A DNA stretch of 64,000 nt from an uncultured Roseiflexus sp. (GTDB taxonomy: Bacteria > Chloroflexota > Chloroflexia > Chloroflexales > Roseiflexaceae), in assembly GCA_937935075.1 (NCBI GenBank), contig CALGYB010000009.1:4854-68853 (forward strand). Direction: 5' to 3'. Numbering within the stretch: position 1 is the stretch's first letter; each line of letters opens with the position of its first letter. The notes below the pieces were generated by a model that was given only the letters and a program-made list of their open reading frames with translations, did no database searches and was not told where the DNA came from. Of the stretch, positions 45,320-55,246 are shown piece by piece. Position numbers and translations under genes: made by a program.

Positions 45320-46786
45320 ATGGATGGACGATTTGTGCGGCGGCTGCTGCGACGGCAGTGGCGCGCCGTTGTTGCAGGCGGCGGACTCGTCGGGCTGCTT
45401 GCGCTGATCATCAGTGTGCTTCAGACGCCCGTGTATCAGGCATCAACCACGTTGCTGGTCAATCAGGGACGAGGAGTCGCGGCGCCGACCTACGAGTCGG
45501 TGCTGATGAGCCAGCAATTGACGCGCACATACGCAGAACTTCTGAAGAAACGACCGCTGTACGAGATGGTCATCGCCAACCTCAAACTGGATGCGTCTCC
45601 CGACCATCTGATGCGGAATGTGCGGGTTTCGACCATTCGTGATACGCAACTCATTGTGGTGACGGCATATGATCGTTCGCCGCAACGCGCTGCCAGTATC
45701 GCCAATGAACTGGTGCGGCTCCTGCGTGAACAGGATCGTCAGTTACTGACGGGCGCGTATGTGAGTGGCGAGCGTGGATTGAGCGTCGTAGAGCCGGCCC
45801 AACCCGATCTGGTCCCGGCACGTCCGAAGGTAGTGCGCAACACGCTGCTGGGGCTGTTCTTCGGATTGCTCGGCATGGCCGGCGTCGCGCTGGTGCGCGA
45901 GTATGTCGATGAGTCGATCAAAGATGGCTACGAAGCCGCACAGGCGGTCGGCGCGCCTGTCCTGGCGGTCGTTGGCGCTCGAACAGCGGCGGGCAACGCG
46001 CAACGACAGGTGGTTGACGATGGAGATAGCGCAAACGCAGAATCCTACCGGATGCTTGCAGTGCGCACGCGCAGCGTCCTGGCTGACAACCCGGTGCGTT
46101 CGTTGCTGGTGACGAGTGCGGAACCGCTGGCAGACACCCAGGATGTCGCCGTGCATCTGGCTGTGGTCTACGCGCAGCTTGGTCAGCGCGTCGTGCTGGT
46201 CGACGGCAATCTGCGTCAGCCGGCGCTGCACTCCTGGTTCGATCTGCATGGGGACGCCGGTTTGCATGATGTGCTCACATGCGCCCAAAACCTGCCCGTC
46301 TATCGTTACCTGCAACCGACGTCGGTCGCTCATGTGATGCTGCTCCCTGGCGGCAAACCGGCAATGCATCCCCTGACCCTCGTCAATACGCCGCGCCTGA
46401 GCGAGAGCATCAGCGCACTGTGCCAGCATGCCGACCTGATTATCGTTGCTGCTCCGACGCTGCTGAACGCTGCGGAGACCCTGATCCTGGCGCAGCGGAC
46501 AGACGCGACGCTCCTTGTAGTGCGTGCTGAGACGACCGCCCGCACCGCTGCTGCCGCAGCACGCGCCATCCTGGAACAGTCACACGTCTGGCTGGCCGGT
46601 GTCGTATTGACCGGCGCGCCAGACGATGATCGCACCTCGTTCGCGCGTGTTCCTGCGCCCAAGGCGACGTTGTCGGCGGTATCCAGGAAACGTCGGCGTC
46701 TGGCGCTGACCAACGGTGAAGAAGAACGTTATCGCCTCTCGATACCGGCAGCATCGACTGTTTCATCCCGACCCTCCGACCAGTAA
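45320..46786 (+). CDS. Polysaccharide co-polymerase / BY-kinase fusion (Wzz/CpsC + CpsD-like)
   Basis: Two TMs flanking TPVYQASTTLLV...TYAELL; VVEPA..P.RP; C-terminal VTSA...LGQRVVLVDGNLRQP, DLIIV.AP, DATLLVVR. Confidence 0.85.
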   Translation: MDGRFVRRLLRRQWRAVVAGGGLVGLLALIISVLQTPVYQASTTLLVNQGRGVAAPTYESVLMSQQLTRTYAELLKKRPLYEMVIANLKLDASPDHLMRNVRVSTIRDTQLIVVTAYDRSPQRAASIANELVRLLREQDRQLLTGAYVSGERGLSVVEPAQPDLVPARPKVVRNTLLGLFFGLLGMAGVALVREYVDESIKDGYEAAQAVGAPVLAVVGARTAAGNAQRQVVDDGDSANAESYRMLAVRTRSVLADNPVRSLLVTSAEPLADTQDVAVHLAVVYAQLGQRVVLVDGNLRQPALHSWFDLHGDAGLHDVLTCAQNLPVYRYLQPTSVAHVMLLPGGKPAMHPLTLVNTPRLSESISALCQHADLIIVAAPTLLNAAETLILAQRTDATLLVVRAETTARTAAAAARAILEQSHVWLAGVVLTGAPDDDRTSFARVPAPKATLSAVSRKRRRLALTNGEEERYRLSIPAASTVSSRPSDQ

Positions 46787-46876
46787 CCCGTTGCGGATGT
46801 CACCGAAGAGTTGACATTAGAGACATCGGCGTCAGATCGAAGGTACGTCTTCGACTCACCCAGAGGGAGGTGGAAG

Positions 46877-48385
46877 ATGTCTGTTCCTGTGCACAAAATC
46901 GTCATCGGCGCGCTGGCAGCGATTCTTCTGACAGGCGGCGCGTTGATGGCATACCATCGTGTCGCTCCGCCATTGACCGCAGAGGCGTCAACGGAGAGCG
47001 CAGCGCCGCCAGTTGCCGCACCGGCGACGCAACCGATTCTTGCGAACGGCATTGTAGCGCCTGCCAGCCACGTTGATCTCCGTTTCGCAATTGGCGGAAT
47101 TGTGCGTGAGGTGCTGGTGCGCGAAGGCGATGTGGTCAAGGCTGGCGATCCCTTGTTGCACCTGGATACGAGTGAACTGGATCTGCGCGTTGCGCAGGCG
47201 CGCGCCCAACTGGCAGCGGCGCAGGCAAGTTATGAACTGTTGATGAGCACCGCCATGCCTGCCGACATTCAGCGCGCGCAGGCGAACCTGGCGCGCGCGC
47301 AGGCGCGATTGCGTGAAGTGAGCGGCGCCGTGACCCCGCACGCCAGAGCGGCAGCGCAGGCGCGCCTCGAAGCGGCGCGCGCCGCGCTTGCGCGCCTGGA
47401 AGCGGGACCCAATCCGGCAGAAGTGCGCGCATTGCGCGCCGAACTGCGCCAGGCGGAAGCGGATCTCCAGGCGACCCGCGATCGTCTGTCGCTCGAAAAG
47501 ACGACGCTGCGCTTGCAGATGGAACAGGCCGCCAATCTGCTGCGCGACCGCCAAGCCGAGTATGCGCGCATTCGTGATGAAAACCAGGCGCGCACCGAAC
47601 CGCTGACCGCCGAGCAGCGCACCCGGGAGACCACCGCGCGACTGGCAATGGACAGCGCCGAGAAAGCGCTCGAACAGACGCGGGTAGCGTATGAGACGGC
47701 GCTACAGGCGGAGCGCACCGGCATTGCCGCCGCAGAAGCGCGCGTTGATGCCGCCAAAGCGCGGCTTGAGCGCGCACTCACCGGCGCCGACCCGGATCAA
47801 CTCGCTGCGGCGCGCGCTGCCGTCGCACAGGCGGAGGATGACCTGGCGCGCCTCCAGGGTGAACAGCGCGCCGGCGCCATCGAGTCGGCTCAGGCGGAGG
47901 TTGCGATCGCCGAAGCCGAACTGGAGCGATTGCTGGCGGGGGTGCGACCGGCGGAAGCCGCCATGGCGCGTGCGCGCATCGAAGAAGCGCAGACGGCGCT
48001 CGAACAGGCGGAACTCGCACTCGAACGCGCAATTCTGCGCGCGCCGATTGCAGGGGTCGTCGCATCGCTCAATGTCAAAGCCGGTGAAATCGCAGACCCG
48101 CAGCTTGTTGCAGTACGTCTGGCGGATGTGCGCACCTGGCGTATCGAAACCACCAACCTGAGTGAACTGAGTGTCACCCGCCTGCGCGCAGGCGATTCCG
48201 CGATCATCCGGCTCAGCTCACTGCCCGACCTCGAAATCCCTGGCAAAGTGACCGACATCAGGCTGCTGGGAACCGGTCAGGATGGCGATGTCACGCTGTA
48301 TACCGTCATCATCACCCCGGATCGGATGGATACGCGTCTGCGCTGGAATATGACGGCGCAGGTGCAGATTACTCCCGGTCATTGA
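46877..48385 (+). CDS. HlyD family membrane fusion (periplasmic adaptor) protein
   Basis: TM anchor; lipoyl halves GIV.EVLVREGDVVKAGDPL and LRAPIAGVV; long Ala/Glu/Arg coiled coil; LRWNMTAQV end. Confidence 0.88.
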   Translation: MSVPVHKIVIGALAAILLTGGALMAYHRVAPPLTAEASTESAAPPVAAPATQPILANGIVAPASHVDLRFAIGGIVREVLVREGDVVKAGDPLLHLDTSELDLRVAQARAQLAAAQASYELLMSTAMPADIQRAQANLARAQARLREVSGAVTPHARAAAQARLEAARAALARLEAGPNPAEVRALRAELRQAEADLQATRDRLSLEKTTLRLQMEQAANLLRDRQAEYARIRDENQARTEPLTAEQRTRETTARLAMDSAEKALEQTRVAYETALQAERTGIAAAEARVDAAKARLERALTGADPDQLAAARAAVAQAEDDLARLQGEQRAGAIESAQAEVAIAEAELERLLAGVRPAEAAMARARIEEAQTALEQAELALERAILRAPIAGVVASLNVKAGEIADPQLVAVRLADVRTWRIETTNLSELSVTRLRAGDSAIIRLSSLPDLEIPGKVTDIRLLGTGQDGDVTLYTVIITPDRMDTRLRWNMTAQVQITPGH

Positions 48386-48413
48386 GTGTTGCCGAACAGA
48401 GGAGTGCGATCCG

Positions 48414-51068
48414 ATGTCCAGATTGCGCCTGAAAGCGGGTATCCGGTGGATGCTGGGACTGTCGCTGATGCTGGTGTCGCTCTCCTTTTGCGGCTCTGGC
48501 AAACCGTTCTCATCAGAGTCCACAACACTGCCGGTGAGTATGCCTGGCGGGACAGCGGCAAGCGCGACGCCTGCTCCTGTCGTTCCGCCAACCACGACGC
48601 CGGCAGATGCCGCCGACTCTGCGACAGATGTCTCGGAACAGATCACGCTGCGCACACAGGACGGGCTGACACTCGTTTTTGATCGGCAGACGGGCAGGTT
48701 TGTGCGCCTGGACGTGCAGGATCGCACATTCCCGCTCGCCACAGGCGACGATCTGGCGGTGTATCTGTTCGATCCGCGCGGAAACCCGCTGTTGAACCCC
48801 CGGAGCGCCAGCATTGCGCACATCGAACGGACGGACAACAAACTCACCATAATCCGCGAAGATCGTGCCATGGGCGTCCAGACGACCGAACGATGGGTTG
48901 AGTATGCCAATCGCATCGATCTTGAGACCACAATCGTCAATACCATCCCTTCATTAACATCTCGCGCTATCGAGGCGTGTCTACAGATACCCATCGATTT
49001 GACCAACACATACTGGCGCCACCATTTCGATGCGCGGGAACGTATTGTTCCACGCAGTGAACCATATCAAACGACGCTTCAGAAACTGATTGATATCGGA
49101 ACGTTCGATGATGGCAGTTTCCATCTCAAAACCGATCTGGACATCAATCTGAATGGTCTCAACCTGATAGGAGATGATCAGTTCGGGCTTGCGCTTTCAA
49201 TTAACCCGGAACGCCCTGCAGCGTACTATGTGCGTTACGATACGCAGCGTCACTCCTACGATGCATGTTTCCATCTAGGCATTTACAACGAGCACATTCG
49301 CTTCCAAAACACGGTTTCCTTTGCGCTCTCGCTTTTTGTGCCGGATGAACCGGCTTGGGGACTGCGTTCGGCATATGCAAAATACGTGACCATCTACCCG
49401 CAGGCGCATGCAGGCAGGCTGCCGCGCAAAACAACCATGGTCGTGCTGGAGGAATACGACTACCGCGTCTTTCCCAACCCTTCCGATTACCGGATCGGCG
49501 CCGTCTGGGGACGGTACAAGGCGCAGAACCGCCGTTTCGGCGTCGATGACCTGGTCTACATCTGGCCCCATGGCTACTACGACCGCGGAATGCGCCTGAA
49601 AGCGTCGCCGTCGTCCGCCGGAAGCGTTCAAACGTGGGAAGCGGATATTGCCGCCTGTTTCGCGCTGTACGAAGACATCGAACGCGGACGGCAGCCGTTT
49701 GCTGAAACCTGCACCGGATCATATCCATTTGCGACCTGTACCAGGCAGCGAAGCAGCGGGCAGATGTATGGTCCGCTGCTCGAACGTCAGCAAGACAGCG
49801 GCTGGCGGCGCGTCGAAGCGTATCAGATGACCGTCAGCAACGGACCGAACTTCCTGATCGGCACATTTCACCTGCCTGCGCCATTTGCGGCATCGCTGCT
49901 GCAGGACGCCGACGGACGCTGGCTCAATGCAGTGAGTTTCGCCTCCATGCTCACGGAAGTTCCCTGGGAGCCGGGATTTCGCCGTTGCATCTTTGACGGC
50001 ATCAACCCCGATCCCGGCATCGATGCGGCGCTGTCGAACGAACCGCGCACCACGCCTGCTCCCACGATGGTGCGCAATTTTGGCGAGTTGAATCTGGAAA
50101 TCGTCAAGCGCGCCAATGGTCTCTACGGAGCGGCATATCTCGATACGCATCCAGAAGAAGGAACAACACTGTACCACGGCGTCGCTGTTGACACCGTCGG
50201 AGTGTACTTGCGCCCGGATTTCAATCCGCGCGCGCTGCGCGTCGCGTCGCTGCCGCTCAGTTACGACCGGGCGACCGGGCGGGTCGTGGCGCTCGAGCAT
50301 CTGACGACGCTGGCGTTTCTCCGCGCATTGCGCGCCTCACTGCCATCCGATGCGCCCATTGCATCGAGCGGTGCGCCGATCGGTGGGATTTTGTACCAGG
50401 AAGCCGATTACATCGTCGAAGAGTTCGTCAAAATCGAACGCGCCGGACGACTGATTGATGAGTTGTATGACGAGACATTACCGAATAAAGTGCGTCTGAT
50501 CAACCGGATCCGGATGGGAGCGAATAAGCGACCGATCACTTTTAGCGTCCGTTTTGAGCGCGCAACGGACGAAGACGCTTTTATCGATCAGATTCGACGC
50601 TATCTTCCTCTTTACACGGCAAAAGGCATCTATATCAATATTGATCGGTATGGCGCCAACCCAGAGCATTATTTCTGGAACGATCCCCCCAGTCAACGCG
50701 TCTTGAGGGAGTATCAACGCCACCTGCATCTGGTGCATACATTGAATGTCGCCGGCTGGCAACCTGTTCCATATGCGACTGCTGCCGATGGCATTCTGGT
50801 TGAGCGGTTCGGTAAAGATTATCTGACAATGTACAACACGGCTGAAACCTCGACTTCGACCAGATTAAACGTGAACTGGCGCGCCATTGGGTTTGATAAA
50901 GCGCCATACCGGATCATAGACGCAGAAACCGGCGCTGAACTTCCGTTCAACGTCTCAGGTGATTATCTGGTCCTTGATCCTTTGACAATTGATGGTCTCG
51001 CGGCGCGCATCGTCAGAATTGACCCGCCACGCTGGACGGTCCTGTTGCCGATGGTTGTTGCGATATAG
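48414..51068 (+). CDS. Large secreted protein of unknown function (possible glycoside-hydrolase-like multidomain)
   Basis: 884-aa ORF with RBS and signal peptide, Pro/Thr/Ala linker, aromatic-rich core, and C-terminal WTVLLPMVVAI tail. Confidence 0.7.
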   Translation: MSRLRLKAGIRWMLGLSLMLVSLSFCGSGKPFSSESTTLPVSMPGGTAASATPAPVVPPTTTPADAADSATDVSEQITLRTQDGLTLVFDRQTGRFVRLDVQDRTFPLATGDDLAVYLFDPRGNPLLNPRSASIAHIERTDNKLTIIREDRAMGVQTTERWVEYANRIDLETTIVNTIPSLTSRAIEACLQIPIDLTNTYWRHHFDARERIVPRSEPYQTTLQKLIDIGTFDDGSFHLKTDLDINLNGLNLIGDDQFGLALSINPERPAAYYVRYDTQRHSYDACFHLGIYNEHIRFQNTVSFALSLFVPDEPAWGLRSAYAKYVTIYPQAHAGRLPRKTTMVVLEEYDYRVFPNPSDYRIGAVWGRYKAQNRRFGVDDLVYIWPHGYYDRGMRLKASPSSAGSVQTWEADIAACFALYEDIERGRQPFAETCTGSYPFATCTRQRSSGQMYGPLLERQQDSGWRRVEAYQMTVSNGPNFLIGTFHLPAPFAASLLQDADGRWLNAVSFASMLTEVPWEPGFRRCIFDGINPDPGIDAALSNEPRTTPAPTMVRNFGELNLEIVKRANGLYGAAYLDTHPEEGTTLYHGVAVDTVGVYLRPDFNPRALRVASLPLSYDRATGRVVALEHLTTLAFLRALRASLPSDAPIASSGAPIGGILYQEADYIVEEFVKIERAGRLIDELYDETLPNKVRLINRIRMGANKRPITFSVRFERATDEDAFIDQIRRYLPLYTAKGIYINIDRYGANPEHYFWNDPPSQRVLREYQRHLHLVHTLNVAGWQPVPYATAADGILVERFGKDYLTMYNTAETSTSTRLNVNWRAIGFDKAPYRIIDAETGAELPFNVSGDYLVLDPLTIDGLAARIVRIDPPRWTVLLPMVVAI

Positions 51069-51097
51069 GCGAATTATTCGCAGAAAACGGAACATAT

Positions 51098-52435
51098 ATG
51101 CCTGTAGATCGTTACAATCAGCCGTTCGCACGTCTCTCGTTGCGCGCCAATTTTTCCTGGACATTTGTCGGAAATGTGGTGTATGCCGCGTGTCAGTGGG
51201 GCATGCTCATGGCGCTGGCGAAACTTGGCTCACCGGCAATGGTTGGCATGTTTGCGCTCGGTCTGGCGATTACGGCGCCGGTGTTTATGTTCTCGAACCT
51301 GCACCTGCGCACTATTCAGGCGACGGATGCGCAGCAGCAGTATCAGTTTCGCGATTATCTCGGCGTTCGCCTGGCGACGACGACGCTGGCGTTGCTGGCG
51401 GTTGTGGTCATCACGCTGACCGTCGGGTACCCGTGGGAGACGGGCGCAGTGGTTGTTGCAATCGGATGCGCGAAGGCGTGCGAGTCGATCAGCGACATTT
51501 TCTACGGTCTGCTCCAGCGCCTCGAGCGCATGGACCGGATTGCTGTGGGGATGATGCTGAAAGGCGTTGTCTCACTGCTCGTGCTGGCAGTCGGCGTCTA
51601 TCTGAGCGGATCGGTAGTGTGGGGTGTGGTCGGAATGACCGGCGCGTGGGCGGCGGTGCTGACGTTCTACGACGCGCCGCAGGGTTTGTACGCATTGCGG
51701 CGCTCTCCGGCGCGCCATACGTCGTCGGCGCTCCCCGAACGTATGGCAATCGCCGCGCGTCTGGCGTGGATGGCGCTACCGCTCGGCATCGGGATTTTGC
51801 TGGTGTCGCTCAGCACAGCAATTCCGCGCTACTTCGTCGAGCGGGTGCTGGGTGCGGCGAGTCTGGGCATCTTCGCCGCCATCGCCTACATTCAGGTAGC
51901 CGGCACGACGGTCATCAGCGCGCTCGCTGCGGCTGCCAATCCACGTCTGGCGCAGCACTACGCTCGTGGCGATGCACGTGCGTTTCGCGCCCTGCTGCAC
52001 AAACTCGTGGCCATTGCGCTGACGCTGGGCGGCGCCGGCGCGCTGGTCGCATGGCTGATTGGCGGCTGGATTCTGACCCTGATCTATGGACCAGAGTACG
52101 GCGCGCACAACCATATCTTCGTGCTGGTCATGATTGCAGCCGGTATCGGCTACGTCGGCTGGTTCGTCGGCGATGCGATGACGGCGGTACGGTGTTTGCG
52201 TGCACAGGCGCTGCTCTTTCTGACAATGACAATCGCAACAATCGGCGCCTGCGCCTGGCTGATCCCGCCGTTCGGTCTGACCGGCGCGGCGCTGGCGACT
52301 ATGGTCACATCGGTGATCCATGCTGCTGGCGGCTGGCTCATCGTTGAGCACACATTGCGCGCGCTGCCGTCAACGAGAGCAACGGCGGACGCGGACGAAG
52401 CGACGTTGACAAGGCGTGTTTCCTTCAACCGATGA
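51098..52435 (+). CDS. wzx: Oligosaccharide flippase (Wzx/MOP family)
   Basis: NFSWTFVGNVVYAACQW...LAKLG...VGMF; 12+ TM helices; YGPEY. Confidence 0.88.
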   Translation: MPVDRYNQPFARLSLRANFSWTFVGNVVYAACQWGMLMALAKLGSPAMVGMFALGLAITAPVFMFSNLHLRTIQATDAQQQYQFRDYLGVRLATTTLALLAVVVITLTVGYPWETGAVVVAIGCAKACESISDIFYGLLQRLERMDRIAVGMMLKGVVSLLVLAVGVYLSGSVVWGVVGMTGAWAAVLTFYDAPQGLYALRRSPARHTSSALPERMAIAARLAWMALPLGIGILLVSLSTAIPRYFVERVLGAASLGIFAAIAYIQVAGTTVISALAAAANPRLAQHYARGDARAFRALLHKLVAIALTLGGAGALVAWLIGGWILTLIYGPEYGAHNHIFVLVMIAAGIGYVGWFVGDAMTAVRCLRAQALLFLTMTIATIGACAWLIPPFGLTGAALATMVTSVIHAAGGWLIVEHTLRALPSTRATADADEATLTRRVSFNR

Positions 52436-52436
52436 G

Positions 52437-53963
52437 ATGGTGAGCATGACCATGACCGTGATGAGATCCAACCTGAGAGTGCAACATCGCGCAGGGGCGA
52501 TGTCGGGGCGCGACATCGAGAGCCTGGTCTTGTCCGTGTACGCCTGCGCGTTGACGCTGACCGTCTTCGTGGCGCTGTCGGATCAATTCTGGCACTGGTT
52601 CGTCGTGCCGGTTGCGATGTCGGGCATCCTTATCGGCATCGATGCCGTGGATTGGATGCGGGGGCGGGTTGACCTGTTCGATCCAATCGGTCTTTCCGGC
52701 GCATTCGGCTGGTTTTTCTTCTTCTTTGCGCCGTTGCTGACTGTCGCCACCGGCTACTGGCTGATCTACGTCGAACCTCCCGCCGAACGACGCGACTGGC
52801 TGGGCTGGATGGCGCTCCTGAATCTGCTGGGATTGATCGTCTATCGCGGCGTGCGCCTGATCTACTTCCAGCGGGAACGGCGGATTGCGACGTTCTGGAA
52901 TATTGATCGCAAACGATTTTATGTCCTGGGCGCTGCGGCGCTCGTCGTGACCGCTTTCCTGCAAATCTACGTCTATAGCAGCCTGGGAGGCATTCAGGGG
53001 TTCATCGTAGCAGCCACTGATCAGCGCGCCATCCGCCAGAATCTTCAGGGTTTCGGGCAAGTGTTCATGATCTCAGAGAGTTTTCCGATTATTGCGCTGA
53101 TGATGTTTGTCGTGTATGCAAGCAACCAGAAGTCGCCGTCATATCGTTCATGGCTGGTCCTTGGAATTGTACTGCTGATCTACTTTGCACTGAAGATTTT
53201 CTTTGGAGGGTTACGTGGAAGTCGCAATAACACAATCTGGGGGTTATTTTGGGCAATGGGACTTATTCACTTCTGGATTCGACCAATAACGCGCAAAGTC
53301 GTGCTCATCGGATGGATCTTTCTGATTGCATTTATGTATGTCTATGGGTTTTATAAGAATGCCGGTCTTGACGTGATGCGTCTGATCGAAGATCCGACCG
53401 CACGTGTCGAACTGGAGCGCGAAACTCGTCGTGATCTTCCCACGTTGCTGCTCGGCGATCTAGGGCGCAGCGATGTGCAGGCATTCCTGCTCTATCAACT
53501 GGCGCGCCCCGATAGCGACTATGAGTATGCCCTTGGGCGCACCTATGTTTCCGCATTTGCGGTACTCATCCCGCGATCATTGATCGAACGCATGCCAAGT
53601 AAGACGCTGGAAGGCACCGAGGCACTGTATGGCAAAGGTTCGTACATTCCGATCGATTTTGAGGCGTCACAACTCTATGGTATTGCCGGTGAAGCGATGC
53701 TCAACTTCGGCTTTCTTGCCGCACCGGTGTCGTTCATCATCTTTGGGCTGGCGAACTGTTCGGTGCGACGCTGGCTCTCAGGGTTGGCGCCGGGTGATGC
53801 GCGGTTGCTCTTCTTTCCGTTTCTGTCACTCTTCTGCTTCTATATGCTCGCCTGCGACCTGGAAAATATTGTGTTCGACGTCATCAAGAACGTGGCGACG
53901 CCGCTTGCCATAACCGTGCTGTCGTTGTCGTCAGTTTCGCGCCTGCCCGCTTCCGGGCAATAG
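52437..53963 (+). CDS. Probable Wzy-type polysaccharide polymerase
   Basis: About 11 TM helices, GSR motif, large late loop and GEAMLNFG motif; sits between wzx and the glycosyltransferases. Confidence 0.7.
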   Translation: MVSMTMTVMRSNLRVQHRAGAMSGRDIESLVLSVYACALTLTVFVALSDQFWHWFVVPVAMSGILIGIDAVDWMRGRVDLFDPIGLSGAFGWFFFFFAPLLTVATGYWLIYVEPPAERRDWLGWMALLNLLGLIVYRGVRLIYFQRERRIATFWNIDRKRFYVLGAAALVVTAFLQIYVYSSLGGIQGFIVAATDQRAIRQNLQGFGQVFMISESFPIIALMMFVVYASNQKSPSYRSWLVLGIVLLIYFALKIFFGGLRGSRNNTIWGLFWAMGLIHFWIRPITRKVVLIGWIFLIAFMYVYGFYKNAGLDVMRLIEDPTARVELERETRRDLPTLLLGDLGRSDVQAFLLYQLARPDSDYEYALGRTYVSAFAVLIPRSLIERMPSKTLEGTEALYGKGSYIPIDFEASQLYGIAGEAMLNFGFLAAPVSFIIFGLANCSVRRWLSGLAPGDARLLFFPFLSLFCFYMLACDLENIVFDVIKNVATPLAITVLSLSSVSRLPASGQ

Positions 53964-53982
53964 ACTGGAGCAAGAGGAACAT

Positions 53983-55212
53983 ATGCGCGTTATCGTGTCG
54001 CTCGAACACCACTTTGATCGCACGCCAGACGGCGTGGTATGGACGCAGACGCAGTTTCCCTATCGCTTCTGGCAGCGCTATCTGGAGGTCTTCGATCAGG
54101 TGCGTGTCGTCGCGCGGGTGCGCAACGCGCCACGGGCAGCGCCCGACTGGCAGCGCGCCGATGGTCGGCATGTCTCCTTTGCCGCAATCCCGGAGTATCT
54201 GGGCCCGCGTCAGTATCTGATGCGCTTCCGGCAGATACGCGCAGCGGCACGCAGTGCGATAGGCGCGGATGATGCGGTCATTCTGCGCGTCAGTTCGCAG
54301 ATCGCCAGCCTGCTCTATCCCTTGCTGCGGCGTGACGGTCGTCCGTATGGCGTCGAGGTGGTCAGCGACCCCTACGATGTATTTGCGCCTGGTTCGGTTC
54401 GGCACCCGTTGCGCCCGTTCTTCCGCTGGCTCTTTCCACGCCGGCTACGGCAGCACTGCGCCGGTGCGGTCGCCGCGTGCTATGTCACCGAACAGGCGTT
54501 ACAGCGACGATACCCATGCCCGTCATTTTCGGTGGCGGCGTCGGATGTGGAACTGCCCGATGAGGCAATCGTTCCGGCGCCGCGTTCGTTGCGCGCTTCT
54601 GGCGCCGCCTGTCGCCTGATCTTCGTTGGGACGCTGGGGCAGTTGTACAAGGCGCCGGATGTGTTGATCGACGCCGTTGCGCTGTGCGTGCGCGACGGCG
54701 TTGATCTGACGCTTACTCTGCTCGGCGATGGCAAACATCGTGTGGAGCTGGAAGCGCGCGCCCACGCGCTGGGCATTGCAGACCGGGTGACCTTTCGCGG
54801 ACAGGTGACGGCCGGCGCGGCGGTGCGCGCCGAACTCGACGCGGCGGACCTGTTCGTCCTGCCGTCGCGTCAGGAAGGCATGCCACGCGCCATGATCGAG
54901 GCGATGGCGCGCGCGCTTCCATGCATTGGCTCGACGGTCGGCGGCATCCCCGAACTGTTGCCGCCGGAAGACCTTGCGCCCCCCGGCGATGTCGCTGCAC
55001 TGGCACAGGTCATCCGCGAGATGGTCGCCAGCCCGGAGCGGATGGCGCACGCCTCGGCGCGCAACCTCGAACGCGCACGGGCATTCGCCGAGTCGCGGTT
55101 GCGCGCGCAACGACTGGCGTTCTTCCAGCGTGTGCGTGAGCAGACCGAAGCCTGGATCGCTCATCGCCGCGCATCGACCGGATGGCAGGCGCGGCGTCGC
55201 GCGCTGCCGTAA
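53983..55212 (+). CDS. GT4 glycosyltransferase
   Basis: DLFVLPSRQEGMPRAMIEAMA, VGGIPEL. Confidence 0.93.
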   Translation: MRVIVSLEHHFDRTPDGVVWTQTQFPYRFWQRYLEVFDQVRVVARVRNAPRAAPDWQRADGRHVSFAAIPEYLGPRQYLMRFRQIRAAARSAIGADDAVILRVSSQIASLLYPLLRRDGRPYGVEVVSDPYDVFAPGSVRHPLRPFFRWLFPRRLRQHCAGAVAACYVTEQALQRRYPCPSFSVAASDVELPDEAIVPAPRSLRASGAACRLIFVGTLGQLYKAPDVLIDAVALCVRDGVDLTLTLLGDGKHRVELEARAHALGIADRVTFRGQVTAGAAVRAELDAADLFVLPSRQEGMPRAMIEAMARALPCIGSTVGGIPELLPPEDLAPPGDVAALAQVIREMVASPERMAHASARNLERARAFAESRLRAQRLAFFQRVREQTEAWIAHRRASTGWQARRRALP

Positions 55213-55246
55213 TGCGCACGTTGATATTCATCACACAAGGTGACCT

